From NCBI GenBank assembly GCA_044236185.1, contig JBIIGZ010000001.1, positions 1 through 49,137 on the forward strand: a stretch of DNA of 49,137 nucleotides, read 5' to 3'. Each line of letters opens with the position of its first letter. Within the stretch, counting starts at the first letter, position 1. This document shows positions 33,997-43,588 of the stretch, in pieces. The position numbers and the translations under genes were made by a program. Origin of the DNA: Roseomonas sp. (GTDB lineage Bacteria; Pseudomonadota; Alphaproteobacteria; Acetobacterales; Acetobacteraceae). The notes under the pieces are model-generated. The model was not told the DNA's origin and did no database searches. It was given only the letters and a program-made list of their open reading frames with translations.

Positions 33997-35301
33997 ATGC
34001 CCAATCCCCTGCTTAAAGACCCCGGCCGCATCCGCGATCTTTCTGCTGAAATGGCGAAAGGTGACATCACGGCTGAAAGCCTTGTGCGCCGCTATCTGGA
34101 CCGCATCGCTGCCGTTGATGGCCAGGTAAAAGCCTGGATTCATGTGCTGGCCGATAGCGCGCTTGCCGAAGCGCGCGCACTGGATGCGGAACGCAAGGCG
34201 GGTAAGCTTCGTGGGCCGCTGCATGGTATTCCTGTTGGCATCAAGGATGTGATTGATGTGCGCGGCCTGCCAACGCGCGCCAATAGCCCATCCCGTGCTG
34301 ATATCGCCCCTGCTAGCGCGGATGCCACCGTGGTCGCGCATTTGCGTGCGGCAGGGGCGATCATTCTCGGCAAGCTGCACACCACGGAATATGCGTTTTT
34401 CCAAAGCCTGCCACCCACGCGCAACCCATGGGATTTGGCGCGCACGCCGGGCGGGTCTTCCGCCGGTTCCGGTGCTGCCATTGCGGCTGGCATGGTGCCA
34501 TTGGCGCTTGGCACGCAAACCGCGGGCAGCGTCAATCGGCCCGCTGCCTATACGGGCGTTTGTGCCTTCAAACCCTCAACACTCGCGATTGGTGGGGTTG
34601 GGGTGGTGCCGCTCGCACCTTCCTTCGATACGGTCGGTGCCTTCGGCGCCAGCGCGCAGGATGCGGCCTATCTGGCAGCAGGCTATGCGGCGGATCATTT
34701 GCGGCTGGTGAGCCACCCTGCGGTCACGCCGCGTATTGTGCTGTTGCAAGACCCGCTGATCGAAAAGCTGCAAAAGCCATCAACAGCGGCACGTGTCGCC
34801 GCGCTTGCTGAACAGCTTGGCGCCGCAGGCCTTACGTTGCATCGCGCCAGCGCCGCCGCCGGGTTTGAGGAAATGATCGCCCGCCACCGCCGCGTGATGC
34901 TGGCGGAACTTGGCCGCACCCATGCCGGGCTGCCGCGCGATCGGATTTCTTCCGCCATCGCCGATGGCATTGCCGAGGGTCTGGCCATCCCGGATCATGA
35001 GTATCATGCGGCGCTGCGTGACCTTGCAGGTTTTCGGGCACGCTTTTGGGCAGGGTTTGGGCCTGATGATTTCATCCTGGTGCCTGCCGCGCCGGATGTA
35101 GCGCCGGAAGCCGGCAGCACGGGCGATCCTTCCTTTGTCATCCCAACCACGGTGCTGGGCGGGCCGGTGGTGACGCTACGCGCTGGCCTCGCCGCCGATA
35201 GCGGCATGCCAGTGGGCGCGCTGCTCTTTGCCCGGCCCGGGGCGGATGCGGCCATGGCGTCCTTCCTGTTCTCGGCCACAGCGACCGCGCTTGATCTTTA
35301 G
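33997..35301 (+). CDS. Amidase-signature family enzyme
   Basis: GIKD, TPGGSSAGS, GTQTAGSVNRPA. Confidence 0.92.
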   Translation: MPNPLLKDPGRIRDLSAEMAKGDITAESLVRRYLDRIAAVDGQVKAWIHVLADSALAEARALDAERKAGKLRGPLHGIPVGIKDVIDVRGLPTRANSPSRADIAPASADATVVAHLRAAGAIILGKLHTTEYAFFQSLPPTRNPWDLARTPGGSSAGSGAAIAAGMVPLALGTQTAGSVNRPAAYTGVCAFKPSTLAIGGVGVVPLAPSFDTVGAFGASAQDAAYLAAGYAADHLRLVSHPAVTPRIVLLQDPLIEKLQKPSTAARVAALAEQLGAAGLTLHRASAAAGFEEMIARHRRVMLAELGRTHAGLPRDRISSAIADGIAEGLAIPDHEYHAALRDLAGFRARFWAGFGPDDFILVPAAPDVAPEAGSTGDPSFVIPTTVLGGPVVTLRAGLAADSGMPVGALLFARPGADAAMASFLFSATATALDL

Positions 35302-35398
35302 GCCTCAAAGCTTGCCGCGCCCGGTCATCCGGCACATCTACAGGCTAGCCCGGCTTTCGTGGTAAATGGCTTGGCTTTGGTGCTGAGCAGGAGGCGTT

Positions 35399-36169
35399 TT
35401 GAGTTTCTGGGGTAAGATGTTGGGCGGGGTGGCAGGCTTCGCCATGGGTGGCCCCTTGGGCGCCATGGTGGGGGCCGCGCTTGGCCATGCCGCAGATGCC
35501 GGGGCGCTTGGGGGCAAGGGCGGCGCCATTTCCGCCGCGACTCCCGATTTGATGGCGTTTTTCGGCAGCAAGGAAAACCTGTTTTCCTTCTCAGTCGTCG
35601 TGCTCTCCGCCAAGCTTGCCAAGGTGGATGGGCCCATCAAGCGGGAAGAAATCGCGGCCTTCCGCAATCTGTTCCATGTGCCGGCAGAAGCGCTGGGCGA
35701 AGTGGGGCGCCTGTTCGATCAGGCACGCGAATCTGCCGATGGGTGGGAACCTTTCGCGGAAAAGCTGGGTGAGGCCTTTGCCGACAACAAAGCCATGCTG
35801 GAAGATGTGCTGGTGGCTTTGGTGCAGATTGCGCGCGCTGATGGCCCGGTTGCGAAAAGTGAAGGCGATATGCTGCGCGGCATTCATGCGCGCTTCGCCT
35901 TGGATGCCGCCGCCTGGGAACGCGCCAAGGGCGGCACGCGCCGTGCCGTGCCGGAGGCGCAAGGCGAAGACCCCTATTCAATGCTGGGCCTGACACGGCA
36001 GGCGAGTGATGAGGAAGTGCGCCTCGCCTGGCGGAAGCTGATGCGAGAAAACCACCCGGATAGCCTCGCATCGCGCGGTGTGCCGCAGGAATTCGTGAAG
36101 CGCGCCACGGAACAAGTGGCGCAGATCAACGCTGCTTGGGACAAGATCAAGCGCGAGCGGGGCTTGTAG
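35399..36169 (+). CDS. djlA: DjlA-like co-chaperone (TM + TerB + J domain)
   Basis: FWGKMLGG TM start, AKLAKVDG, J-domain HPD; TTG start after AGGAGG. Confidence 0.85.
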   Translation: MSFWGKMLGGVAGFAMGGPLGAMVGAALGHAADAGALGGKGGAISAATPDLMAFFGSKENLFSFSVVVLSAKLAKVDGPIKREEIAAFRNLFHVPAEALGEVGRLFDQARESADGWEPFAEKLGEAFADNKAMLEDVLVALVQIARADGPVAKSEGDMLRGIHARFALDAAAWERAKGGTRRAVPEAQGEDPYSMLGLTRQASDEEVRLAWRKLMRENHPDSLASRGVPQEFVKRATEQVAQINAAWDKIKRERGL

Positions 36170-36170
36170 G

Positions 36171-36851
36171 TTGCTCCGCATCCGCGACGTGCCAAGCCCC
36201 AATCACGAAGCGCGGCCCGAAGGCGCGGTGATTGATACACTTGTTTTGCATTACACCGGCATGCGTTCCGGCGCTGAGGCAATTGCGCGGCTATGCGATC
36301 CTGCCGCCAAGGTTTCCGCGCATTATGTGGTGGAAGAAGATGGTGCGGTGTTTCGCCTGGTGGCGGAAGAACGCCGCGCCGCACATGCCGGTATTTCGCA
36401 TTGGCGCGGCCGTAGCGCGTTGAATGGGAACAGCATCGGGATTGAGATTGTGAATCCCGGCCATGAATGGGGCTATCGTCCCTTTCCCGCGCTGCAAATG
36501 GCAGCCGTCTGTGATTTGTGCCTTGAGATCATGGGGCGCCACCCGATTGATCCGCGCAATGTGGTGGCGCATTCGGATATCGCGCCGGATCGCAAACAGG
36601 ACCCAGGGGAATTGTTTGATTGGCAGGGGTTGGCGGCGAATGGCGTTGGGCTTTGGCCAGGCGCTGATCCGGCACCGGTTGAGGAGGCTGCGTTGCTGCC
36701 TTTGCTTGGCGACATTGGCTATCGCACCGATTTGCCGCTTTCCGTTTTGCTGACAGCGTTTCAGCGCCATTGGCTGTCCGGGCGTGCAGATGGGATTGCG
36801 GATGCCGCGACGCAGGCGAGGGTGGCGGCGGTGGCAAGCGCATTCGCCTAA
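36171..36851 (+). CDS. N-acetylmuramoyl-L-alanine amidase (Amidase_2, AmpD/AmiD-like)
   Basis: SPN, LHYTGM, SAHY, HAG, SIGIE, HSD, KQDPG; TTG start. Confidence 0.92.
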   Translation: MLRIRDVPSPNHEARPEGAVIDTLVLHYTGMRSGAEAIARLCDPAAKVSAHYVVEEDGAVFRLVAEERRAAHAGISHWRGRSALNGNSIGIEIVNPGHEWGYRPFPALQMAAVCDLCLEIMGRHPIDPRNVVAHSDIAPDRKQDPGELFDWQGLAANGVGLWPGADPAPVEEAALLPLLGDIGYRTDLPLSVLLTAFQRHWLSGRADGIADAATQARVAAVASAFA

Positions 36852-36855
36852 ACGC

Positions 36856-37422
36856 ATGCGCGACGCCGCCGATATCGCTGATTTCATCGCGCATAACCCG
36901 CGCATGATGCGCTGCCTTGCGGTGCTCGCCGCGCATGGCCCGGCTGATGCTTGGATTGGCGCGGGTTTTGTGCGCAATGCCGTATGGGATCATCTTTCTG
37001 GGGAAGATACGGAAGCCAGGCCACTCGCTGATCTGGATGTGGTATTTCACGATCCATTCAATACAACCTCGGAACAGGATGGAGCTTACGAAGCTGCGCT
37101 GCGCGGTGCCGCGCCCGACCTTCCATGGTCTGTGCGCAATCAGGCGCGCATGCATGAAAGAAACGGGCATCGCCCTTATCGCGATGTTGCGGATGCCTTG
37201 GCTCATTGGCCTGAAACCGCAACCGCCATTGCCGCGCGTCTTGGGTCAAAGGGCGTCGAAATCCTCGCACCCTTTGGCCTGGATGATGTGCTCGCGATGT
37301 TTATTCGCCCAACGCCGGCCTTTCGTGCCAAGCCGGAAATTCCGCTGGCACGGCTTGAAGCGAAGGGCTGGCTTGCCCGCTGGCCCGGGCTGCGCCTTTT
37401 CGGGCTTGGCGCTTCCCCTTGA
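36856..37422 (+). CDS. Nucleotidyltransferase-family protein (DUF925-like)
   Basis: AGFVRNAVWD, DLDV, WSVRNQARMH, WPETATA, APFGLDD. Confidence 0.85.
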   Translation: MRDAADIADFIAHNPRMMRCLAVLAAHGPADAWIGAGFVRNAVWDHLSGEDTEARPLADLDVVFHDPFNTTSEQDGAYEAALRGAAPDLPWSVRNQARMHERNGHRPYRDVADALAHWPETATAIAARLGSKGVEILAPFGLDDVLAMFIRPTPAFRAKPEIPLARLEAKGWLARWPGLRLFGLGASP

Positions 37423-37452
37423 CCACCCCACCCCCAAAGGCCCAGATGTCCA

Positions 37453-37862
37453 CAGCGTCAGACGGCTGGGCGGCCGCTGGTTCGTGAGGTAATCACGGGC
37501 TGGAGGAAAGTCCGGGCTCCACGGGAATAGGGTGCCGGTTAATGGCCGGCGGGGGCGACCTCAGGGAAAGTGCCACAGAAATCAAACCGCCGCGGCGTGG
37601 CGACACCCCGCGGTAAGGGCGAAACGGTGCGGTAAGAGCGCACCGCGCCCCCAGCAATGGGGGTGGCAGGGTAAACCCCACCCGGAGCAAGGCCGAATAG
37701 GGGCGGACGGCGCGGCGCCGCAAGGCGCTGGCGCAGGGGCATTTCCGCCCTTCCGCCCGGGTTGGCCGCGCGAAGCCCTCAGCAATGCGGGCTCCAGAGG
37801 AATGGCCGTCCATGCCCCGCAAGGGGCAAGACAGAACCCGGCTTACAGGCCGTCTGACGCTG
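37453..37862 (+). ncRNA. rnpB: RNase P RNA, type A
   Basis: GAGGAAAGTCCGGGCTC, GGAAAGTGCCACAGAAA, GGTAAACCCC, ACAGAACCCGGCTTA; P1 CAGCGTCAGACGGC/GCCGTCTGACGCTG; TTGACC at 37419. Confidence 0.97.
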
Positions 37863-37978
37863 CTTTGCAGCCGCAAACCCATCCCAAAGCATCCGCCAGC
37901 GGCAAACCCCGGTGGAATTGCAAATTTATGAGCCAATTGCCTTCACAAAGCCGTTTTTTGGCTTGTCGGCCCAGACTT

Positions 37979-38004
37979 TCCCATGGTATCCCATTTCATC
38001 CCAT
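37979..38004. promoter_or_regulatory. MraZ-binding (dcw box) repeats
   Basis: TCCCAT x3 at 37979, 37989, 37999 (10-bp period) upstream of mraZ, overlapping the putative -10 downstream of TTGTCG at 37963. Confidence 0.75.
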
Positions 38005-38140
38005 GAAAACCCCAATGCGCTCGGGGGGGCGAGCGGGGTTCACGCGGGATGGTCGGGCGAGCCGGCGGGGTCGGGGGGCCCCGTCGGCCGCTGAAACGCC
38101 CGGTCTTTCATAATGGCGCAAGGCAGGCGCGCGGGGGGCG

Positions 38141-38602
38141 ATGACCCAATTTCTGGGCACCCATATCGGCAAATTGGACCGCAAGGGGCGGATTTCCGTC
38201 CCCGCGCCCTTTCGTGCCGTTTTGGAAAGGGCCGGGGCTGAAGACCTCGTGCTGCGCCCATCCCATCGCGCCCCCTGCATTGAAGCTTGGCCGATGGCGG
38301 CGTTTGAGGCGCTGGCTTCCGGGCTTGATCGGCTGGATGCCTTTTCCGATCAGGCGGATGATATGGCTGCCGCGCTTTTCGCCGATGCCCATGCGGCGCG
38401 CGCCGATAATGAAGGCCGGTTGGTGCTGCCCGAAGCGATGATAGCCTATGCGGCGCTTTCCGATGCCATTGCCTGTGTGGGCGTTGGGCGAATTTTCCAG
38501 ATTTGGGAACCTGAAGCCGCGCGCCGGCGCACGGAAGAAGCCAGGCTGCGCGCACGTGAACGCGGCCTGACGCTGCCGGCAGCAGCGGGGCGCACAGCAT
38601 GA
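38141..38602 (+). CDS. mraZ: Division/cell-wall cluster repressor
   Basis: [10 protein letters not shown] and DNEGRLVLP motifs, FQIW. Confidence 0.93.
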   Translation: MTQFLGTHIGKLDRKGRISVPAPFRAVLERAGAEDLVLRPSHRAPCIEAWPMAAFEALASGLDRLDAFSDQADDMAAALFADAHAARADNEGRLVLPEAMIAYAALSDAIACVGVGRIFQIWEPEAARRRTEEARLRARERGLTLPAAAGRTA

Positions 38603-39546
38603 CCACGGAAGGCCATGTGCCGGTGATGCTGGCGGAAGTGCTGGCAACCCTCGGCCCCCAGGATGGCGCCACCTATCTGGATGCCACTTTCGGCGGTGGC
38701 GGTTATGCCCGCGCGATTCTGGAAGCAGCGCCCGGCTGCACGGTTTTCGCGATAGACCGCGACCCGGATGCAATCGCGCGCGGTGCCGCGTTGGCGCAGC
38801 GTTTCGCGGGCCGCCTGCATCTGATGCAGGGGCGTTTCGGCGATATGCTGTCTCTGCTGCGGGACCGTGGCATTGCCGCGCTTGATGGCGTGGTGATGGA
38901 TCTTGGCGTTTCTTCCTTTCAATTGGATCAGGCGGAACGCGGTTTTTCCTTCCGTGCCGACGGCCCGCTTGATATGCGCATGGAAAAATCTGGCCCGAGT
39001 GCGGCGGAGCTGGTGAATGGCCTGCCCGAACGCGAGCTGGCCGACATCATTTTCCGCTTTGGTGAGGAACGTTTCGCGCGCCGCATTGCGCGCGCCATTG
39101 TCGCCCGCCGCGCGGAAACGCCCTTCACCACCACCGCTGATCTGGCCGCCTTGGTGCGTCGGGCTGTCCCGCGTGATCCTTCTGGCATTGATGGCGCAAC
39201 GCGCAGCTTCCAGGCGTTGCGCATTGCCGTGAATGATGAATTGGGTGAGGTGGAACGCGGCATTGCGGCGGCGATGGAATTGCTCGCCCCTGGTGGGCGT
39301 CTTGTTGTTGTCGCCTTCCATTCCCTGGAAGATCGTATCGTGAAGCAGGCAATGGCCGCGGCATCCGGCCGGGGTGGTGCTTCGCGCCATGACCCCGCGG
39401 CACTTTCTGGTCGGGCCAAACCTGCCTTCCATTTACTGACGCCGCGCGCGCTTCGCCCGCAGGAAGCGGAATGCAGCGCCAATCCACGCGCGCGCTCCGC
39501 CAGGCTGCGCGGCATTGAACGCATAGTGACGGAGCGCGCCGCATGA
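38599..39546 (+). CDS. rsmH: 16S rRNA m4C1402 methyltransferase
   Basis: [40 protein letters not shown]. Confidence 0.96.
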   Translation: MTTEGHVPVMLAEVLATLGPQDGATYLDATFGGGGYARAILEAAPGCTVFAIDRDPDAIARGAALAQRFAGRLHLMQGRFGDMLSLLRDRGIAALDGVVMDLGVSSFQLDQAERGFSFRADGPLDMRMEKSGPSAAELVNGLPERELADIIFRFGEERFARRIARAIVARRAETPFTTTADLAALVRRAVPRDPSGIDGATRSFQALRIAVNDELGEVERGIAAAMELLAPGGRLVVVAFHSLEDRIVKQAMAAASGRGGASRHDPAALSGRAKPAFHLLTPRALRPQEAECSANPRARSARLRGIERIVTERAA

Positions 39547-40211
39547 TCCGCCCGGTGACCCTTGTCAGCCTGATCGCCGCCGCTGGTGCGGGGCTCTATT
39601 TGTATCAAGTGAAGCATTCCGTTTCCATGCTGGATCGCGAATTACGCGACGTGAATCGACAGACCGAAGTGGTGCGCGAACGCACACAAATTTTGCGTGC
39701 AGAATGGGCGCTGCTGAATGAACCGGATCGTCTACGCCAGGTGGCGCAGCGGCATTTGGCGCTGGAACCCATGGCGCCGGCGCAATTCATCCGCGAGGCG
39801 GAACTTGAACGCCGCTTGCCCAATGCGCGGCCCTTTGCCGGCCCACCATCACTGTTTGGGCCGCCGGAAGCACCTGCCAAGGCGCCGGAAGCCATCATGG
39901 TGCCGGCACCTGTCGCCACAGCCCCCGCGCCTGCGCCCCAAGTGGCTGCAAGCTCTGCACCTGCGCCGCGCCCCGCCGCGGTTGAACCGCCCCCACGGCT
40001 GAATGCGGCCATGACGCCCCCACCAGCGCCGCGCCCGGCATCACCGCCCGCACCACCAAGGGTCACCCCTGCGCTTCATGTTGCGCCCGCTGCGCCACCG
40101 CCGCCCGCCATTGTTGCCTCTGCGCTTGGCGGCGCCACGGGTGCGCTGCCGCCGCCTGTGCCCTTGGCGCGCCCCGTCCCGGTGGGAGCCCCGCAAGGGG
40201 CGCCCCGCTGA
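39543..40211 (+). CDS. ftsL: FtsL-like protein with Pro/Ala-rich tail
   Basis: TM segment, coiled coil, [14 protein letters not shown]; located between rsmH and ftsI. Confidence 0.85.
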   Translation: MIRPVTLVSLIAAAGAGLYLYQVKHSVSMLDRELRDVNRQTEVVRERTQILRAEWALLNEPDRLRQVAQRHLALEPMAPAQFIREAELERRLPNARPFAGPPSLFGPPEAPAKAPEAIMVPAPVATAPAPAPQVAASSAPAPRPAAVEPPPRLNAAMTPPPAPRPASPPAPPRVTPALHVAPAAPPPPAIVASALGGATGALPPPVPLARPVPVGAPQGAPR

Positions 40212-40227
40212 GTGAGCCCCGCACAGC

Positions 40228-42141
40228 ATGAGCGAGGCTTTCCCCCCTAACCCGCGCCAACCATCACCCGATGCGCCGCCCGGCAATCGGTTGCAGGAGG
40301 GTGTGGTTCGGGAAAGCACAAGCCGCGCGCTGGTGCGCGTTTCGCAGCCTGATCTGCTGCGCCATGCGCAATTGGAAAAATCGCGCGGACGCCTTTTGCT
40401 TGCGGCCTGCGGTTTCGCTGTTCTGTTTGGCGCGGTGGCCGTGAAGCTTTCGCTCGCGACAGTGTTTGACCCGGCTGAACCTAAGCGCGCTGCCATGCTT
40501 TCCCGACCACCGGCACCGCCTGCGGAAATGCCAGTCTCGCGCGCGGCGGTGACGGATCGTAATGGCGAAGTCCTGGCGGTTTCCCTGCCCTTGACCGGGC
40601 TTTATGCCAATCAGCGGGAAATCGATAATCCGTCGGAAGTTGCCGACAAGCTGCGCCGTGTATTGCCTCAGCTTGATCGTGAAAGGCTGATTGCGCGCCT
40701 GACCGGGGACCGGCCATTTTATTACATCGCCCGCGCGCTAACGCCACGCGAAATGCAGGCGGTGAATAATCTTGGCGTACCGGGCTTGTATTTTGAGGAT
40801 GCAGAGCGCCGCTTTTTCCCGCAGGGCCGCACCGCCGCGCACATTATTGGCGGCGTGGATGTGGACGGCAATGGGATTGCAGGGGTCGAGAAATACTTTG
40901 ACGAAAGGCTGCGCACGCTACGGCGTGAAACACTGCGCCTTTCGCTTGATGTCCGTGTGCAGTTGGCGTTGCGCGATGCCGTGCAGCACGCGATCACGGA
41001 TTTCAACGGCATTGGCGGCGCCGGCGTGGTGATGGATGTCCATACGGGTGAAGTGCTCGCCATGGTGAGTCTGCCTGATTATGATGCCAATGATGTTGGA
41101 GCCGCCACCGTTGATCAGCGCTTCAATCGCGTGACGGTTGGCGTTTATGAACCGGGGTCCACCTTCAAGCTGCTGACTGCCGCCATGGCGCTTGATTTGG
41201 GTACGGTACAGACCTGGAGCGGTTATGACGCATCGCGGCCCATCCGCGTTGGCCGACATGAAATCAATGATTATCGCGGCAAGAATCGCTGGCTCGCCCT
41301 GCCGGAGATCATGGCCTATTCATCCAATCTGGCGTCCGCGCATATGGCTGCCGCAGTAGGTCCCGCGCGGCATCGTGAATTCATGCAGCGCATGGGCATG
41401 ACATCGCGCCTCAGGATCGAAATTCCTGAAACTGCCCTGCCGCTGGTGCCGGGGCAGAAGACCTGGCGTGAATTGAACACCATGACCATCGGCTTCGGCC
41501 ATGGCATTTCCGTAACCCCCCTGCATGTCGCGACCGCAGGTGCAACGCTGGTGAATGGCGGCATCCTGCGCCAGCCGACGATTTTGGCGCAACCGCCCGG
41601 CGTTGAACGCGAGGGTGTGCGCGTGATTGAACCCCGGACTTCGGAAAATTTGCGGCGATTGATGCGGCTGGTGGTGACGGATGGGTCCGGCAAGGGCGCT
41701 GAGGTGCCGGGCTATTTCGTTGGTGGCAAGACCGGCACGGCGCAAAAGACCGGGCCGCGTGGTGGCTATTTGGAAAACAAGCGCATCGCTGCCTTTATTG
41801 GTGCGTTTCCGATGCATGCGCCGCGCTATTCCATTTATGTGATGGTGGACGAACCCAAACCCAATGCGCGCAGCCATGGTTTTGCGACGGCGGGTTGGGT
41901 GGCGGCACCTGCCGCTAATATGGTGATTTCGCGCATCGCGCCCATTCTTGGCATGCTGCCGGAACCTGCCACGCCCGAGATCCAACGCGCCATCGCCATG
42001 CCAATGAATGGGCGCGGCGTGCCTGGTGCTGCGTCGCCGCCTGCGGCGCCAAGCGCCAATCGTCCACCAGCACGTCAAACCACTGAAACGCCGCCCCGCA
42101 TCGCTGTCACTCAGCGCGAGGCTACTCTTGCGCCTCGGTGA
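40228..42141 (+). CDS. ftsI: Division transpeptidase PBP3
   Basis: DRNG, EPGSTFK, SSN, KTGTAQK. Confidence 0.95.
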   Translation: MSEAFPPNPRQPSPDAPPGNRLQEGVVRESTSRALVRVSQPDLLRHAQLEKSRGRLLLAACGFAVLFGAVAVKLSLATVFDPAEPKRAAMLSRPPAPPAEMPVSRAAVTDRNGEVLAVSLPLTGLYANQREIDNPSEVADKLRRVLPQLDRERLIARLTGDRPFYYIARALTPREMQAVNNLGVPGLYFEDAERRFFPQGRTAAHIIGGVDVDGNGIAGVEKYFDERLRTLRRETLRLSLDVRVQLALRDAVQHAITDFNGIGGAGVVMDVHTGEVLAMVSLPDYDANDVGAATVDQRFNRVTVGVYEPGSTFKLLTAAMALDLGTVQTWSGYDASRPIRVGRHEINDYRGKNRWLALPEIMAYSSNLASAHMAAAVGPARHREFMQRMGMTSRLRIEIPETALPLVPGQKTWRELNTMTIGFGHGISVTPLHVATAGATLVNGGILRQPTILAQPPGVEREGVRVIEPRTSENLRRLMRLVVTDGSGKGAEVPGYFVGGKTGTAQKTGPRGGYLENKRIAAFIGAFPMHAPRYSIYVMVDEPKPNARSHGFATAGWVAAPAANMVISRIAPILGMLPEPATPEIQRAIAMPMNGRGVPGAASPPAAPSANRPPARQTTETPPRIAVTQREATLAPR

Positions 42142-43588
42142 TCTCATGCGTGGATGGGGTGGCGCTGAAGCCGATGCTGCGCTTGCGGTGACAGGCATCA
42201 CCGCCGACAGTCGCGCGGTGCGTCCCGGTATGGTGTTCGCGGCGCTTCCCGGTGCGCGCGCTGATGGGCGCGCTTTCATTGCCGATGCTGTGGCGCGTGG
42301 TGCGTCAGCGATTTTGGCGCCCGAAGGCACGGCTTGGCCTGTTGAGGCTCCGCTGCGCCCGCTGGTCACCAGCCCTGATCCGCGCCGCGCCTTGGCGCTG
42401 ATGGCGGCAGCCTTTTTCGGCGCGCAGCCGGAATGCGTGGTGGCGATCACCGGCACCAATGGCAAGACCAGTAGCGTGGATTTCCTCCGCCAAATTTGGC
42501 GGAGCGCAGGCCGCAAGGCTGCTTCGCTCGGCACGCTGGGGTTGATTGCGGAAGGCATACCGCCGGGGCCATCGCTGACCACGCCTGATCCGGTGGCGCT
42601 GCATGAAAACCTCGCGCAACTTGCGCGTAATGGTGTGGCGGCGCTGGCGATGGAAGCATCTTCGCACGGGATTGATCAGCGCCGCTTGGATGGTGTTGCG
42701 TTGGCAGCGGCGGGCTTCACCAACCTCACGCGTGATCATCTGGATTATCACGGCAACATGGCGGCCTATCGCGCGGCCAAGCTTCGTCTGTTTGACACGC
42801 TTTTGCCGGCGGGCGCGCCTGCCATCGCCATGGCGGATACGGAAGCCGAGACGCTCACGGCACTTCGGGAAATTGCGGCAAAACGTAGGCTTGATCTGCG
42901 GCTAGTTGGTGTGGGTGGTGATGCGCTGACCTTGGAAGTAGCGCGACCCTTGCCGGAAGGGCAGGAGATCACGTTCCGCATGGCGGGCGCGCGGTATGAG
43001 ATACTGCTGCCGCTGCCTGGGCGGTTTCAGGCCGACAACGCCCTAATCGCCGCGATGCTGGCGATGGCAACTGGTGTTGCGGAACAATCTGCCATGGCTG
43101 CGCTGGCGCATTTGCAAGGTGTCCGCGGGCGCATGGAACGCGCGGCGGTGCTACCCAATGGTGCCGCGATTTATGTGGATTACGCGCATACACCTGATGC
43201 TTTGACGCGACTTTTAGCAGCGCTTCGCCCGCATGTTGCTGGGCGCTTGCATGTGTTGTTCGGCGCGGGTGGGGATCGCGATCCCGGCAAGCGCCCGCTC
43301 ATGGGGCGCGCCGCGGCGGAAGCGTCGGATCGCGTTTGGATCACCGATGACAATCCGCGCAGCGAAAACCCTGCTTCCATTCGCGCAGCGGTGCTTACGG
43401 GCTGCCCAGAGGCGATTGATGCCGGCGCGCGCAAAGAAGCCATTGCCAAAGCCATGAGCGTACTCGGCCCCGGAGATGTATTGGCCGTTGCCGGCAAGGG
43501 ACATGAAACCGGGCAGGAGATTGCCGGTATTTTGCATCCCTTTGATGACGTCGCGGTCATACGCAAGCTGGCGGGCCATGTGCCATGA
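42128..43588 (+). CDS. murE: UDP-MurNAc-tripeptide synthetase (meso-DAP)
   Basis: TGTNGKTS, MEASSHG, DYAHTPD, DNPR, GKGHE; TTG start at 42128 after GAGG. Confidence 0.95.
   Translation: MRLGDLMRGWGGAEADAALAVTGITADSRAVRPGMVFAALPGARADGRAFIADAVARGASAILAPEGTAWPVEAPLRPLVTSPDPRRALALMAAAFFGAQPECVVAITGTNGKTSSVDFLRQIWRSAGRKAASLGTLGLIAEGIPPGPSLTTPDPVALHENLAQLARNGVAALAMEASSHGIDQRRLDGVALAAAGFTNLTRDHLDYHGNMAAYRAAKLRLFDTLLPAGAPAIAMADTEAETLTALREIAAKRRLDLRLVGVGGDALTLEVARPLPEGQEITFRMAGARYEILLPLPGRFQADNALIAAMLAMATGVAEQSAMAALAHLQGVRGRMERAAVLPNGAAIYVDYAHTPDALTRLLAALRPHVAGRLHVLFGAGGDRDPGKRPLMGRAAAEASDRVWITDDNPRSENPASIRAAVLTGCPEAIDAGARKEAIAKAMSVLGPGDVLAVAGKGHETGQEIAGILHPFDDVAVIRKLAGHVP

Noticed and set aside
37493-38113. 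ORFs across 37493-38113
   Set aside because: They overlap rnpB and the mraZ promoter.
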